Shown: piece after piece, positions 1-12,200 of the stretch
Layout of the letters: each line of letters begins with the position of its first letter
Position numbering within the stretch: position 1 is the first letter of the stretch
DNA from: Antedon mediterranea
Taxonomy: Eukaryota; Animalia; Echinodermata
Assembly: GCF_964355755.1 (NCBI RefSeq)
Contig: NC_092677.1
Location: 10,500,101-10,564,100, forward strand
DNA length: 64,000 nucleotides
Direction of reading: 5' to 3'
Program-made: the position numbers and the translations under genes
Notes under the pieces: model-generated
Told to the model about the DNA's origin: nothing
Databases searched by the model: none
Seen by the model: only the letters and a program-made list of their open reading frames with translations

Positions 1-524
1 GTCTGTTGTTACTTTGCCAGGTTTCAAGTTAGGAAACTGACTCAGCTTGGAACTTCCGTTGCTGAAAAAAATGAAAAACGACTTTGGATTTTCTGCAGCT
101 GCCCAAGACATGTTCCTAATTATTCAGAGATATCCTATACCAATATTGTACATTAATGATTGTTGATCTATTTTTTTACAAATAATGTGATTCATATGTT
201 GAACGTTTCGCTGGTCCACGGCGAAGCATGCTAAACAGACACATTTTGTTCGCGGAATTCCTATTGCTAAGTTTTGTTTTGATTTTAAATAAACGTACAA
301 GGATTCATATTTATTTTATTTGTATACACTTGCAATTTAACAAAACTAGTAATCGGGTTTACAAAATTATATAAAAGATTTTTGAGGATCCGAATTAACG
401 CACCCTTTGTAACCAAAACCCTCAAAATGTCTATTGATACAATAGAGAAGTTTCGACCAATCCCAAAGCACAAGATGACGTTAATAGACTAAAAACATCA
501 CATGTTATATAATCACGTGTGTTA

Positions 525-622
525 AGCTCTGTCTACATTATCAAATTATATGTGACAAAGAAATGTGATGTGCCCATATATGGGCACGATGGCGTAATCA
601 CATTGACAGTTTAGACATAGTT
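525..622. mobile_element. Degenerate copy of a ~140-bp MITE family (TIR AGCTCTGTCTACACTATCAAA; PIF/Harbinger-like)
   Basis: AGCTCTGTCTACATTATCAAA...GTGATGTGCCCATATATGG...TTGACAGTTTAGACATAGTT; same family as the copies at 19789, 27153 and 29653. Confidence 0.6.
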
Positions 623-1102
623 TTAGACTATTTTAGTTACATCAAAACTGTTTTATGAAATGCATTCAGCTTGTATAGAACAAAGTATTTAATACTCAGG
701 TCAACTAAGGTAAAACATTAATTAATACAGGTAATTTTTGTAATAATTATGTGAAATTATCCAAACTTTAATAGTGACATACATATTTGTTGAAAGTAAT
801 AAACATCAACTTTAAATCGATAAAATGTAAATACCTTAATTTGTAAAACAACATTATATAAAACTAAGTAGGCCTAGAAAACGAAAAAGTTATGTCCACA
901 GACACAGCAAATCAGAAAGTGTATAATGTTAGAGAACTGGTCAGTTCGTTCCATGAAATGTGAACGCATGTAAACGAACATTTAGACCCTGCTGCAATCA
1001 TCATCGGAAACATTATGTATTTTGTTTTTTTAAAGCTTTGAGATATATGACGACAATATTCCCTCAAAAACATTAATGTGCATTATTGCTCGTATCAATC
1101 TC

Positions 1103-2248
1103 TTATATTTTAGAATGTGATCGTCTTGCTTTTTTCCTGGAATATCTGATAAGCACTAACGCTAAGATAACCACTATGGCAACAACTAATAAGACAAACA
1201 CGACGATAACTACCGGATGAAGAGTGCTTTTATCAACCAAAGGTGATTGCATTGTTGGCGCAGCCGTCCATGATGTCGTCGCTGTATCCGTTCCAATTTT
1301 GATCGACATTGCCGCTCCTTTACTCAACCTTCCATCTGGTGTTTCAACTTCACATTCGATCACTGAATTGTTGTCGCTCTGTTTTAAATTGGTTATAGTT
1401 AGTACACGATTGTTTGCTTTCAGTTCAAACCTTCCGGTCATCATTATATCAACATCAACTTTGCTCCAAGAGTATTTGACATTTTCTCCCGATATCTCAC
1501 TACAGACAAACGTAGCATTATCACCTACTTTATAAAATGCCTTGTCAGCTCTGACTGTAGCTACTGGAGATCGTGGAAGAGGTATGATAGTACAGAATGG
1601 TTCGTGAGCAAACGCATTTGAGATGGCTTTGCAACGAAATATGGCACCTTCGTCTGCGCGTTGTAATATCTGATAGTAAGCTAAGGTTGTTGTACCCGCT
1701 TGGTTTAAGACTTCCCGACCGTTAATGTCCCATAACAATGTAGGAGTAGGCATCAGTCCTGATGCTGTTGCTGCTGAGCACGTTAGAGTAATTGTATCCC
1801 CAATTTTTGGTTTAGTTGGAGAGACATCGCAAGTAGGTGCACCTTCCATCGGCACTTCAAGTGTCAGAGTAGCTTGTGCCAATTTCATGAAGGTTTGACG
1901 TGAATCGATATACCCACATTCATAAAGACCACCGTCAATATCTTGAGCATCAGTAATCTGTAGATGGAAATCACGCTTCTTATTGTTCCAAGTGACTTTG
2001 TATCTTCGGCGCAGCTCTGGATCGGTGACATACAGAAGGTGATTTACACTGACATACTTTTCACCAAGGTGCTCTACATGTTTCCAAACAACGGACTCTC
2101 CAGTTTGTATTGATGTCACACTGCATTCCAACGTGGCCGTATTTCCTCTTCTTACTTTCTGACTTATTGGACCTTGTATCAACTGCACTGCAGATGTAAA
2201 ACTTGTTGAGTAAATGAAAAATAGAATGCATGATATTAAAGCCTTCAT
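1103..2248 (-). CDS. Single-exon immunoglobulin-superfamily type I membrane protein (signal peptide, V-set plus two C2/I-like Ig domains, S/T-rich stalk, TM, short basic tail); nectin/CADM/kirre-like architecture
   Basis: 407-aa ORF 1103..2326. The likely start is M27 (ATG at 2248), which opens the signal peptide MKALISCILFFIYSTSFTSA. Ig motifs: ATLECSV..VVW..FHLQITDAQDIDGGLYEC (V-set), ITLTCSA..LLW..IFRCKA, ATFVCSE..YSW..VIECEV. TM VVIVVFVLLVVAIVVILALVLI, then RYSRKKARR. Confidence 0.85.
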   Translation of the reverse strand: MKALISCILFFIYSTSFTSAVQLIQGPISQKVRRGNTATLECSVTSIQTGESVVWKHVEHLGEKYVSVNHLLYVTDPELRRRYKVTWNNKKRDFHLQITDAQDIDGGLYECGYIDSRQTFMKLAQATLTLEVPMEGAPTCDVSPTKPKIGDTITLTCSAATASGLMPTPTLLWDINGREVLNQAGTTTLAYYQILQRADEGAIFRCKAISNAFAHEPFCTIIPLPRSPVATVRADKAFYKVGDNATFVCSEISGENVKYSWSKVDVDIMMTGRFELKANNRVLTITNLKQSDNNSVIECEVETPDGRLSKGAAMSIKIGTDTATTSWTAAPTMQSPLVDKSTLHPVVIVVFVLLVVAIVVILALVLIRYSRKKARRSHSKI

Positions 2249-2610
2249 GATGATGTACTTTGTCAGTGTGCTCCTAAAATCAACGTTTTCACACTGAAGC
2301 ACAAAACGAATATATCTGATTTTCATAGGCCTTCTCTCATAATTTCCGATTTAAGTTAACCAATCAGATGCAGCCAATGAATTGCAATGAAAAATACTCA
2401 CTTAATGTCTTCTGATAAATAATTATGATATGGAAAGTGTGATTTTCCCCCTGAAATGTTACTGTTTTTTGTTTTTATGTAAATAGGAACCTTGCTGCTC
2501 AATTTGCGTTGTATAATTAACAATTAATTAGCAAAACAGTTGTACTGTAATAAGCATAATAATCAATTTAGACAGTTGGGGGTTCAGGAAACTGTAAAGT
2601 GTAGTCTAAA

Positions 2611-2762
2611 GGCCAATTTTCACAGACGAGCGGTAACGGTAAGCGGAAAATCACAGAATCTGTTACATCTATCCTGAGCGGAAACTGCCCGTCCGCTCCG
2701 CGTTGTGCGTAAATGGAATAACCAGGGAGTTGAAAATTACCGCTCGTCTTTGTAAATTGGCT
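2611..2762. mobile_element. MITE with ~26-bp TIRs (Harbinger-like)
   Basis: Left GGCCAATTTTCACAGACGAGCGGTAA; the right end reverse-complements to AGCCAATTTACAAAGACGAGCGGTAA. Confidence 0.65.
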
Positions 2763-3648
2763 TTTAAAACTTAACTTTAAAATGGTACTATAAAGTTATA
2801 TTATCACGGAAGAAAATAAATCGAAGGGTAAATAGTAATGCCTATACCTAAACCAAAGGTAATGATTTTTAAAATGCCGACCGATATACCTACTAAATAT
2901 CGCTTATGTTTGCTACAATAATTATTAATAGCCTAATTCTGAAGATATTAATTTTAGCTCCTACTCTGGATCAAATCGATTTTTTGCTGAATTATTTTAT
3001 TTCAAAATAGATATATATTACAAAAAACATAATATCAACCATAGACAGGTAAAAAAAATAGCTAAATAAGTGATAAAACGTAAAAGTTTTTTTTTGAAAA
3101 GGATGAGTCAGGAACGGAAAATATTACTTTATTTTTTGACCTGATTTAGGTAAAGTGAAAGTAAGCTGACGAGAGAGAAAATGAATTGTTACTATCAGTG
3201 CCAAATTTGATAAAGATGCTATAGGCCTAAGCTAGTAGCTACAATTCCCATTATGAAAGGATTTATTAAACTAACCTCTTTTTATTTATTAAAATGAATA
3301 GGCCTAAGTGATCAGCCTACGTCGTTAATTATATCATAATTAAACGAAGAAGATTAAAATGGTATTGACACATAATTAGACTACCAATGAGGCCTAAACA
3401 AACAAATAAAAAGAAAGTAAAAAGACCATCAAGAAGACAAAAAAATAACGGGTCGATAAACCAAATAAAAAAGATTCAAAAGGAAAACGTATCTTTAGCA
3501 AAATTACAAACCACCAAGCCCACACAAAAAGTATAGAAACAAATTGTGGAAAGTGTAATGTCTGAATGATGGAAAAATTAATTCAAGAGGAGAGAAAGTA
3601 TGTCATAAAATCACAGTAGGCCTACATTGATTGATTACACATTTGTTT

Positions 3649-3649
<1 letters not shown>

Positions 3650-3694
<45 letters not shown>
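3650..3694. repeat. (AAT)n microsatellite
   Basis: About 14 perfect AAT units. Confidence 0.95.
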
Positions 3695-5245
3695 GGCCGA
3701 TGCTATACAAAATACAGTGATAACAAATTACGAGACTATTTCTGACAAAAATGGCGAGTGAGATTGTGAATCTCTGAGAAACTTATTTATAAGATAGTAC
3801 ATTCGAAACAAAGTCTTGAAATTCTTTATTTTTGGAAAGTTTTTCTTATAATATAATGACTAATACATATTGTGACATTACTAATTGACTTTGTCCAATT
3901 ATTAAAGCTTATCGAATTCCATAACCACATTGCAATAATTAATTTCCTGCCAAGGTTTGTCCCTTCCTATATTTAGTTCGTCACGTGTCGTATACGCGTG
4001 CCAAATACGCCCCTGACTCGTCACGAGGGCTCAATCTTAAGAAACTTCCGATGATTTAATGAACAAGGCCTACATGTACAATTTTTATTTTTGGCAGCAA
4101 ATTAATATGACAAAATGTGAATTGATATAGTTCCACGTAATCTGTATATTTCCTCCATGGTTATACCATGGAAAAATGCATAGGCCTACAATTTGAATTT
4201 CCGTAAATTTAACACACGCCGGGAAACTCCGTCGCGAGTGCATTGTAGCAACTACAAAGGAGATGAGGGCCTACCAAGGTTACGGTACAAACAGAAGAAG
4301 GCAATACGTGCAGATAAAAAACCATTGTCGATCATTTCGATTTATATTTTTTTGAAATAGGCCTACACATTTGAAACTGGCACTGACTTCTTGAAAGATA
4401 CCATATTCACATAAAAGTGATTATTAATATTAAACTAACGCGTTTTTTTTTTTAATGAATAAGCAGGTCGTTTCATAAAATCAACGGCAAATTGATTGAT
4501 TACGGTCGATATCATTACAAGGAATTTAATATTTATAATGTTCTTTCAATTTCATAGCAAATATATTAGTATTTTCAAGAACTACAGAGTCCTAAATTTA
4601 ATTTGGTATATTTGACCATAAGCGTGGAAACTCATTTATAGAGGAGTGTTTTAGTACGTATGTACGGGCATACTAGCGGTGTTTAAATGTTAGAACATCT
4701 GGGTATCGTGGATTTATATACTGTAGTATATTGAACACTGTAGACAGTACTTTCCTTTCATAACTCGTTTTCATATCTTTTTGGTGATGCTTTTCACAAA
4801 ATTCATCGAACCACATTTATCTGTTCATACGTAAATTAATAATTTGGTTTAAAATTAAAAATGTTTCACACGTCAGAGTTTATATATTGCCTTGGTACGG
4901 TTTATGAGTTTATGAGCGTTTTTTGTAAGAAATATTCTTACAAAAAACGCTGCTCGCTTATTGTTATTGCTAAGGTCAAGTCTGGGGGTCACTTCATCAT
5001 GTCTAGATACTTCAAGTATCCTATTACAAACAAAAACTTCAATGGACTGTTTTGATAATAATTCAATGATTATCTGACAGTGAATTACAGTAATATCATG
5101 GGACTCATAAATACCAGAAATGCTTTGGGATTTGTCATTAGACTCTTTTCCCAGCCGTTTTTGTTATTCAACAGGTGGTACCTATAAATTATAGTCGAGT
5201 TTCCATTTTAACAAAAATGTCAAAGTGTAGTACTATACTGCTGCT

Positions 5246-5440
5246 TGATTTCATCTAATGAATGAGTCATCTCGTGTGACGTAGCGGGCTAGAGCAGCAG
5301 CGTGAAAACGCCACCTATAACAACAGCGAACAAAAAATGAAGGAATGTTTCGAGACCGGGAACCAGACTAGAGTGTAGCCAATAGGATATCAAAGAGTGT
5401 GCTAAATAAGATCATGTGATGAATAGCGATATGACATCAT
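5246..5440 (+). promoter_or_regulatory. Putative HERPUD proximal promoter with bZIP-type and CCAAT motifs
   Basis: TGAGTCA (AP-1) 5263-5269, TGACGTAG (UPRE/CRE-like) 5277-5284, CCAAT 5379-5383 and TGACATCA ~5432, all 0.4-0.6 kb upstream of the ATG. No canonical ERSE (CCAAT-N9-CCACG) seen. Confidence 0.35.
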
Positions 5441-5874
5441 CATCATCAGGGTTGTTTCGTCGAATTACGTCGCGGTATGGTTGTGTTTTTGTTTTGTTTT
5501 GGGACTAAAAGGAAGTAAAAACTCAATAAACATTTGCAGTTTTGGTGCTATTTTTCGCCAGTAGTGTTACATTGATCTCTATACATACACTTTTATATTT
5601 AATGTGGCAAAAATAAAGTTATTTGTACGTAAAAATCGTAGTTGAGCCTCTCTCACGACGTTCGTAGCAGCAGCCTAGCAAGCCTTCAATAAAGCAGCCT
5701 GGCTGCTGGGCGCGCCACACGATATTCACGCCTGTATGCAGCTGTAATAGATAGGGTATCCTAGCCTATCCTCATCTAGTTATTTTCATTCTGTTGAAGT
5801 TGCAGGTAGTTAGGCTATCCTCTGTAAACTTATAAAAACTACCTCTTAAGAAGTAACTCAACGACAAAAATAAT

Positions 5875-8800
5875 ATGGAGACTGAAGAAGCTAAATTAAC
5901 TGTGGTAGTCAGAACTCCAGACCAGTCTTCAGATGACTTTGTTATAGAATGTAACGAATTATGGACTGTAAAGAAAATCAAATCTTACATTTGTAAATTT
6001 TATCCCACAAAACCGGTAAGTAGGACCGAAAAAATTGATATCAATAATGTTATAGGCTAATGCCAATTCATTAAAAAAGCAACCAAAATGAATTATCTGT
6101 AAAACCACGCACGCACGCATTTAACTTAAATCGCAAATTTTGTGAGTGATTGAAACTCGCGAAAGTTTCATGCCGTGAATCATTTCAGAATGTACTGTAG
6201 GCCTACTACTGCACAATAACAATAGCTTATGTATTAGCACATGGAGTAAGACGTCTTTATAACACAAAGGTCACGCATACAAGATATTGTTACAGTATTT
6301 TAATTTACTTGTACTTTATTTTCAAATTCGCGAAAGTTTTTATGTCTTGAAAATGGCCAATGTAGTTTCATGACAGTTTCTGGTTTTACAGTAATCTCTA
6401 TAATTCTTGATTGAGCCTGAAAGTTTTTGCTAATTAATTCAAAATGATTAATAAATTGTTCATTGCTAAGATAATAAACTACTCTACTTACTTGGGTAAG
6501 TAATGTATTTCAGTATATTCACTTGTGGAAAAAAAGATTTAGGATTGATCTGATTTTTGTTTTCAGGCTGAGAAAAACCAAAAAATTATTTACTCTGGAA
6601 AACTACTAGCAGACAATTCAGTTTTAAAAGATGTATTCCGAGAGGTAAATGTTAAAAGTAACAACAAATATATCATAAGTCATCCTTCAATACAATATGC
6701 TATTTTTTTTTTTTCAAAATAAAGGTCCAATTTGGAAATCACCCACACTTTCTGCAGCATGGAAATGATACAACATGAATTAGATATTGTAAATGGTACT
6801 GGTTCAGACATCTGGTAGCCATTGAAATAAAGTTGGCATTTAGATTAATGATACTACACAATGTTTTTGTTTGTACTGGTGGTACATATACAAGTTACAA
6901 ACAAACTCAAAATGTCCTATGGACAGACATACCAAAAGTATAACAATTACACTACACTAGCAATTTACAAATATAAAACAATTTTAAAATACTAAAAAAG
7001 ACATAATACAGTAAAGTCTCGGTCCAACAAACATGATCGACCTTTGACCCTACTACTTGTGTCATTATTCAAGTACTGTACAATACGGTTGTAACTGTAA
7101 TACAATATAGACAAAGCCACACTTTTAATAATACCTGTAATGTGCCTCTTTTGTACTTATGCCATATGGTGGTTTAGTACGGGTACATAGGATAAGAACT
7201 AAAGTATTGCTGTATCAGTTACAGTGGTCAGCAAACTTATCTTTTTATATTTGATTAAATGTGCCTGAAATATAAAATTATTTTAATACAAGATACTAAA
7301 TAATGGTGGTCTTGAAAATGTAATGTTTAATATTTCCATTCCATACTAAATGTTCAGTAAAAATAAATAAATTTTGTCCAGTCATTTTGACTTAATAGCT
7401 CCGGGCTAGATTGTATTATAATGGCATTTTATTATTTGCTTACGAAAAGCACATTGTCAAAAATATTGTTGTAAATGTAAGGTTTACTTTTAAATCAGAC
7501 TTATTTGTAATATAACTAACTTTGTATATCCCTAACTCTGTATATAAATGAACAATTGCTTTTTCAGCAAGACGACCAACGGCATACAGTACATTTAGTT
7601 TGTTTAAAGACAGCAGAGAGTGTAAAAAGCATTCCTACCCTGCCTGCTACATCCACACTTCCACAATCAAGACCGGTGCCAAGTAGCAGTGTAGGTGATG
7701 CCAGTGGCTCACAGACTGATGGATTAAGACATCGTCCCCCCACGGCAAACTCATCCTATAGCCCATATAATTATCCTTACAAGTGAGTAATAAGGTTTTA
7801 GATTTGATTGAACAGAATTGTTTACTTAAATTCAAGTTATTCTTGTCAGCGTTGTGCAACGAGTCGTCTCTTCAGGTGAAAATTAAACATGTTTAAAGTA
7901 CTTGTGATGAAATAAAAACTACGCCCGATGGAATTCAACTCAGACAGCACTGACAAATCAAGACATATGACGCTGTCTGAGTTGGCCTTAAGATGCAGAG
8001 TTGGACTTATTTTAGTTCCGCATGTTCAAGGATATAGCTAAAGAAATGTTGTAAAAAAGTTAAGGAGGAGTGGGAAAAAAATAAAACCGGTACCCAGAGG
8101 TTTATTGGGTAGGTTATAATTAGGCTGTCATTAATAAGCTTTAGGCTGGGTGCAAGTCAAACATTGGTGGCGTGTCCGCCAACCTCCCCACCAAAATTAC
8201 ATCATTGTATATTTAAATCTTTAAACCACTAAACCAATGAATTGAGTAGCAATAGGTATAGGTGTGTGATGTGTCTAAATATGGTAGTGATATGCCCAAA
8301 TATGGTAGTGATATAACATCATCGTGCCCATATAGTTTGATAGTGTAGCTCAAGAGTATTATTAGATTTTATAGAATTATTTCTTATTTACACCGTTTAG
8401 TTATGGTGGATATCAGATGCAATATGGTGCTAATAATATACCAACATCAACTTACTACCAAGCCTACTGGATGCAACAATATTATGCCCAACAAATGGCG
8501 CAGTATGCTCAATAGTAAGTTCAAAGTTCAAATTAATCATTGTTTATACTAAACAAAACAACATACTGGTATAATAATATACAAACAGTAAACTCTATTT
8601 ACTTTAACTTGATTGAATGCAATTGTTGATTAACTTGATTAGCAATATAAAAAGGAAATTGCCAAAAAAAAACCACTGATTATTCTATCCACTTGGAGCA
8701 AATTAAAAATCGAGAATATATGCTGAAATATATTATTATATTTAATTTATTTAAAAAAAAGACTGACTGATGGATTAAGACATCGTCCCCCAGGGCAAAC

Positions 8801-10155
8801 TCATCCTATAGCCCATATAATTATCCTTACAAGTGAGTAATAAGGTTTTAAAAAGGAAACTGCAAAAAAAAAACCACTGATTATTTTATCCACTTTGAGC
8901 AAATTGAAAATCGAGAGTATATGCTGAAATATATTACTATTGTATTTAATTTATTAAATAAAAAAAACCTATTGTGTATACTTTTTATTTTATGGTTTAA
9001 TAAATACTTTTCACAGTTCAAATCAGCAGATGACATCAACGCCGAATGCACTAAATGCTAACGTGAACCCAGCCCCCGTCGTCAACCTCGCAGCAGCTCA
9101 ACCTGTAGTACCAAATGTAAATATCGCAAACAACGCTCCACCAGCTCAAAACAACGTACGAATGAACGCCGGTGTTGGACCTGCTATTGATGATGATGAC
9201 GACGATCAGATGAACCGTGATTGGCTCGACTGGAGTTACATGTTTTTCCGCGCGACTGTACTTATATCGATTGTTTATTTCTATTCGTCAATGAATAGAT
9301 TCATGATTGTAATTGGATTTATATCATTCTTTTATTTGTAAGTGTTTTTTTTAATTTTAATTTCAGCAGTTAAAAACCAATTCTGTAACCTTGATTACTA
9401 TATAGCTAATTTAATTAATTATAGTCTTGGACAAAAATTGCCAAACTCCATAAAAACTTTTTCAACTAAGGAAAATAATTGCTTACCCCTTTTCTGGTTT
9501 ATTGTTCAGTTATCGTCAAAGACAGCAGACACTTCGAAGACAAGTGGCAGCTGGTGAGGCTGCAGCAGCAGCAGCGGCGGCAGCTGCACCACCACCACAA
9601 GAAGAGGAAATACCTACAGAACAAACAGATGGTGATCAACATGAAAATGAAGAACATACCAATCAGCAGGTACTACCAGTGTTGAATTTATAACTTACTT
9701 TCTCTTTCACAAATCAACAGCTTTACAGGGACATTTTTCTGTGTTCAAAATAAACAAATATAAATATATAACACTACAGCCAACCACTGTTGACGGAACA
9801 CTTAGGTCCTGAATATAATATCAATAATTTTTATTTGGCAAAATTGTTTAAAAGTACGTTTTACATTTCATCTTGCCAGGAGCAAGTAATAGGCATGAGC
9901 CCAAACATATATTTAAAATTAATATAATAATTGTTGTGCATGTTTTTACTTTTTTCACAAACAAAGAACTAATTATTGCTATCATTTTATTTACAGACTG
10001 AGCAACCTGAAAACGAATCGCAGACAGATTCAAATGCAATTGAAACACCGCCCTCACCTCCGCAACCCGGAGTATTTGCAACTGCATGGATATTCTTCAG
10101 TAGTTTCTTTACATCATTAATTCCCCACGAGCCACCCCCAGCAAATTTAAATTAA
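5875..10155 (+). CDS. HERPUD: Homocysteine-responsive ER-resident ubiquitin-like domain protein (HERPUD1/2 family), 7 coding exons
   Basis: Exons 5875-6015, 6567-6644, 7568-7782, 8401-8514, 9017-9337, 9510-9669, 9997-10155, all GT-AG with consistent phases. UBL domain (LVVRTPDQ..WTVKKIK..YPTKP|AEKNQKIIYSGKLL..HTVHLVC), YWMQQYYAQQMAQY, NRDWLDWSY plus TM segments, C-terminus TAWIFFSSFFTSLIPHEPP. Confidence 0.93.
8265..8350. mobile_element. Partial copy of the ~140-bp MITE family
   Basis: GTGATGTG..AAATATGGTAGTGATATGCCCAAATATGGTAGTGAT..TTTGATAGTGTAG. Confidence 0.55.
8650..8968 (+). repeat. Intronic copy of the HERPUD exon 3 3' end and donor, flanked by a ~110-bp direct repeat
   Basis: 8765-8850 is nearly identical to 7714-7800; 8650-8760 is repeated at 8851-8968. 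Confidence 0.85.
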
Positions 10156-12200
10156 TCGAGGAATAATATTGATTAAAAACTTTGGAAGAAAGTTTTTTCT
10201 GTTTTAGTTTATGAATTTAAAAGAGTGTGTTATCATCTGTAAGAAGAAACAAAAATATTGCTTGTTTTTTCATAACATTCCAGAAAGTGGAAGCTGTTTG
10301 ACTTTATTTATGTACAGAAAATAGGGCTGTATTACATCATTTTAAATTCATACTTATTTTAACAAGGTGATTGGAATATTTAAAATTTATTTCGCTTCAA
10401 GTTCAAGTAGAAGATAGAATATTTTGAAAGTAGTCAGAATTATAACAACAAAGTTATTAATATATTAAAAACAAATATTTTAATGTTTTTATCTTATTTA
10501 ATTTCATATTTACTCCATAGTAGTTTTTGTTATATTAAGGTACAATTTAAAGTTTTATTTTAACAAATGGTAGTTTTTATGAATTACTCGATATAAGTAG
10601 GTGTATTTGACTGGTCACTTACGGGCTTCTCAAAACTAATCGTAAAGGATTTACTCTCATTGCTCATATAAAGTGAGGAGTCTGAAGAACTAAATCTTCT
10701 TAAAACAGACCAGTTGGGATAGGCCTATTACTGTAGTTATTATGTGCAACTTACATATAAATGTATATAGCATTTATCTTAGTGTCAGCATTAAGTTTCA
10801 ATTCTGGTTTAAATTTTTGTATTTTCTACTGTGGTTGTAGAAAAAAAACACAAAATCCGAAAATGAGATATTGCATTAAATATACAGTAGAATCCCTATT
10901 AAGTGGAAACTTTTAGGACCCAAAGTGTCCCCTTAATATGGGTGTCCCCTAAATAGGGATGGGATGTATATTGCCACAGAAACATGTTTGTGTCTCAAAA
11001 AATGAGTTACGATACTATTTTTTTAAACACCACACCAATATACATATTTGTATTCATAAGTATAGTGAAAAGAAGATGTGAGTTAACAATAGGCAGAGTA
11101 TGTACAGCATTTAAATGTATTTTATGAAGTTACCTGTTCAAGGTATCAAAATCATGTTTTTGTATCATAAACTGTATAGTTCCAATATGATATATAATAT
11201 ATTTTGTGTATTTTTATTTCTTGTTTGATAATTATTAAAATGATTAATATTGTACAGATTTAAATTATTTAATACTGTAATTGTTTGGGTGTTTAGGAAG
11301 GTATAAGGGGTTCAAAACATTTATATTAACCTAGTATCATTTGATAAATATACAATGTTGGATCCAGATGTGGGGTTGACATATTTCTGCACATCCCCTT
11401 CCCCATATTATATTATCTGAATTTCTTTTTGTCGATGACCTCCCTCCCCGGTCGCTTACGTTTTGCAGCTGTCATATTATGTACAACATAAGGAGGTATC
11501 GCCATGTACCCTCTGAAATTTAAACCATTTTACATAGTATGTACACCAATAAAACAACATTATTTAAAATAAAGTTTATGATTGTCTTCATTAAAGTACT
11601 ATTTTTTTCTAACTTTTATTTTTTCAAATGATATAATGTGTTGAAGAATTTGTTATTTGTCAATTGATACATAATACTGTATACTGTATCACTCATCCCA
11701 TAAATTTCATTCTGCTATTTTATTGTTAGAAATAATCTAGGGATCACTTCATCACAGTAGGATTTCACTGTTGACATTTTCTGGTTCATTGAACATGCTT
11801 AGCCAAGCGTAAAGACAATGGGAAAACAGCTGATAATACAATGTTGATAATGAATGTGACTGAATTATGGTACGATATAATATCAGATACGAAGTCCACG
11901 TCGGAGACTCATGCTGGCTTATTACATCAACCTTGACCCAATATCGGCCTTTGTTTTCCATGCTTATGTTGAAAGCAGTCGTAAAGTGAACTTGAGCTCA
12001 CCAAGTCAAGGAAAGTGTTTCTCCAATCATCAGGAAATTCCTCATCATCAGCTGTCTGCCTACTACTACTCACTCAGTCATCATATAGGCCTATTATATA
12101 CAGTAGCCTACCCTATAGGCCTATAAATCCTACTTATTAAAAAGTCTAAAGCTTTACAGCTCTATTTTTTCTGCTTGCTGAACTTCTTGTGTATTTCGAA

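Noticed and set aside
2249-2326. N-terminal 26-aa extension of the Ig ORF
   Set aside because: The signal peptide begins at M27; the upstream ATG is probably outside the CDS.
7855-7885. CTGAAGA box on the minus strand in HERPUD intron 3
   Set aside because: No matching GAAA box or stems.
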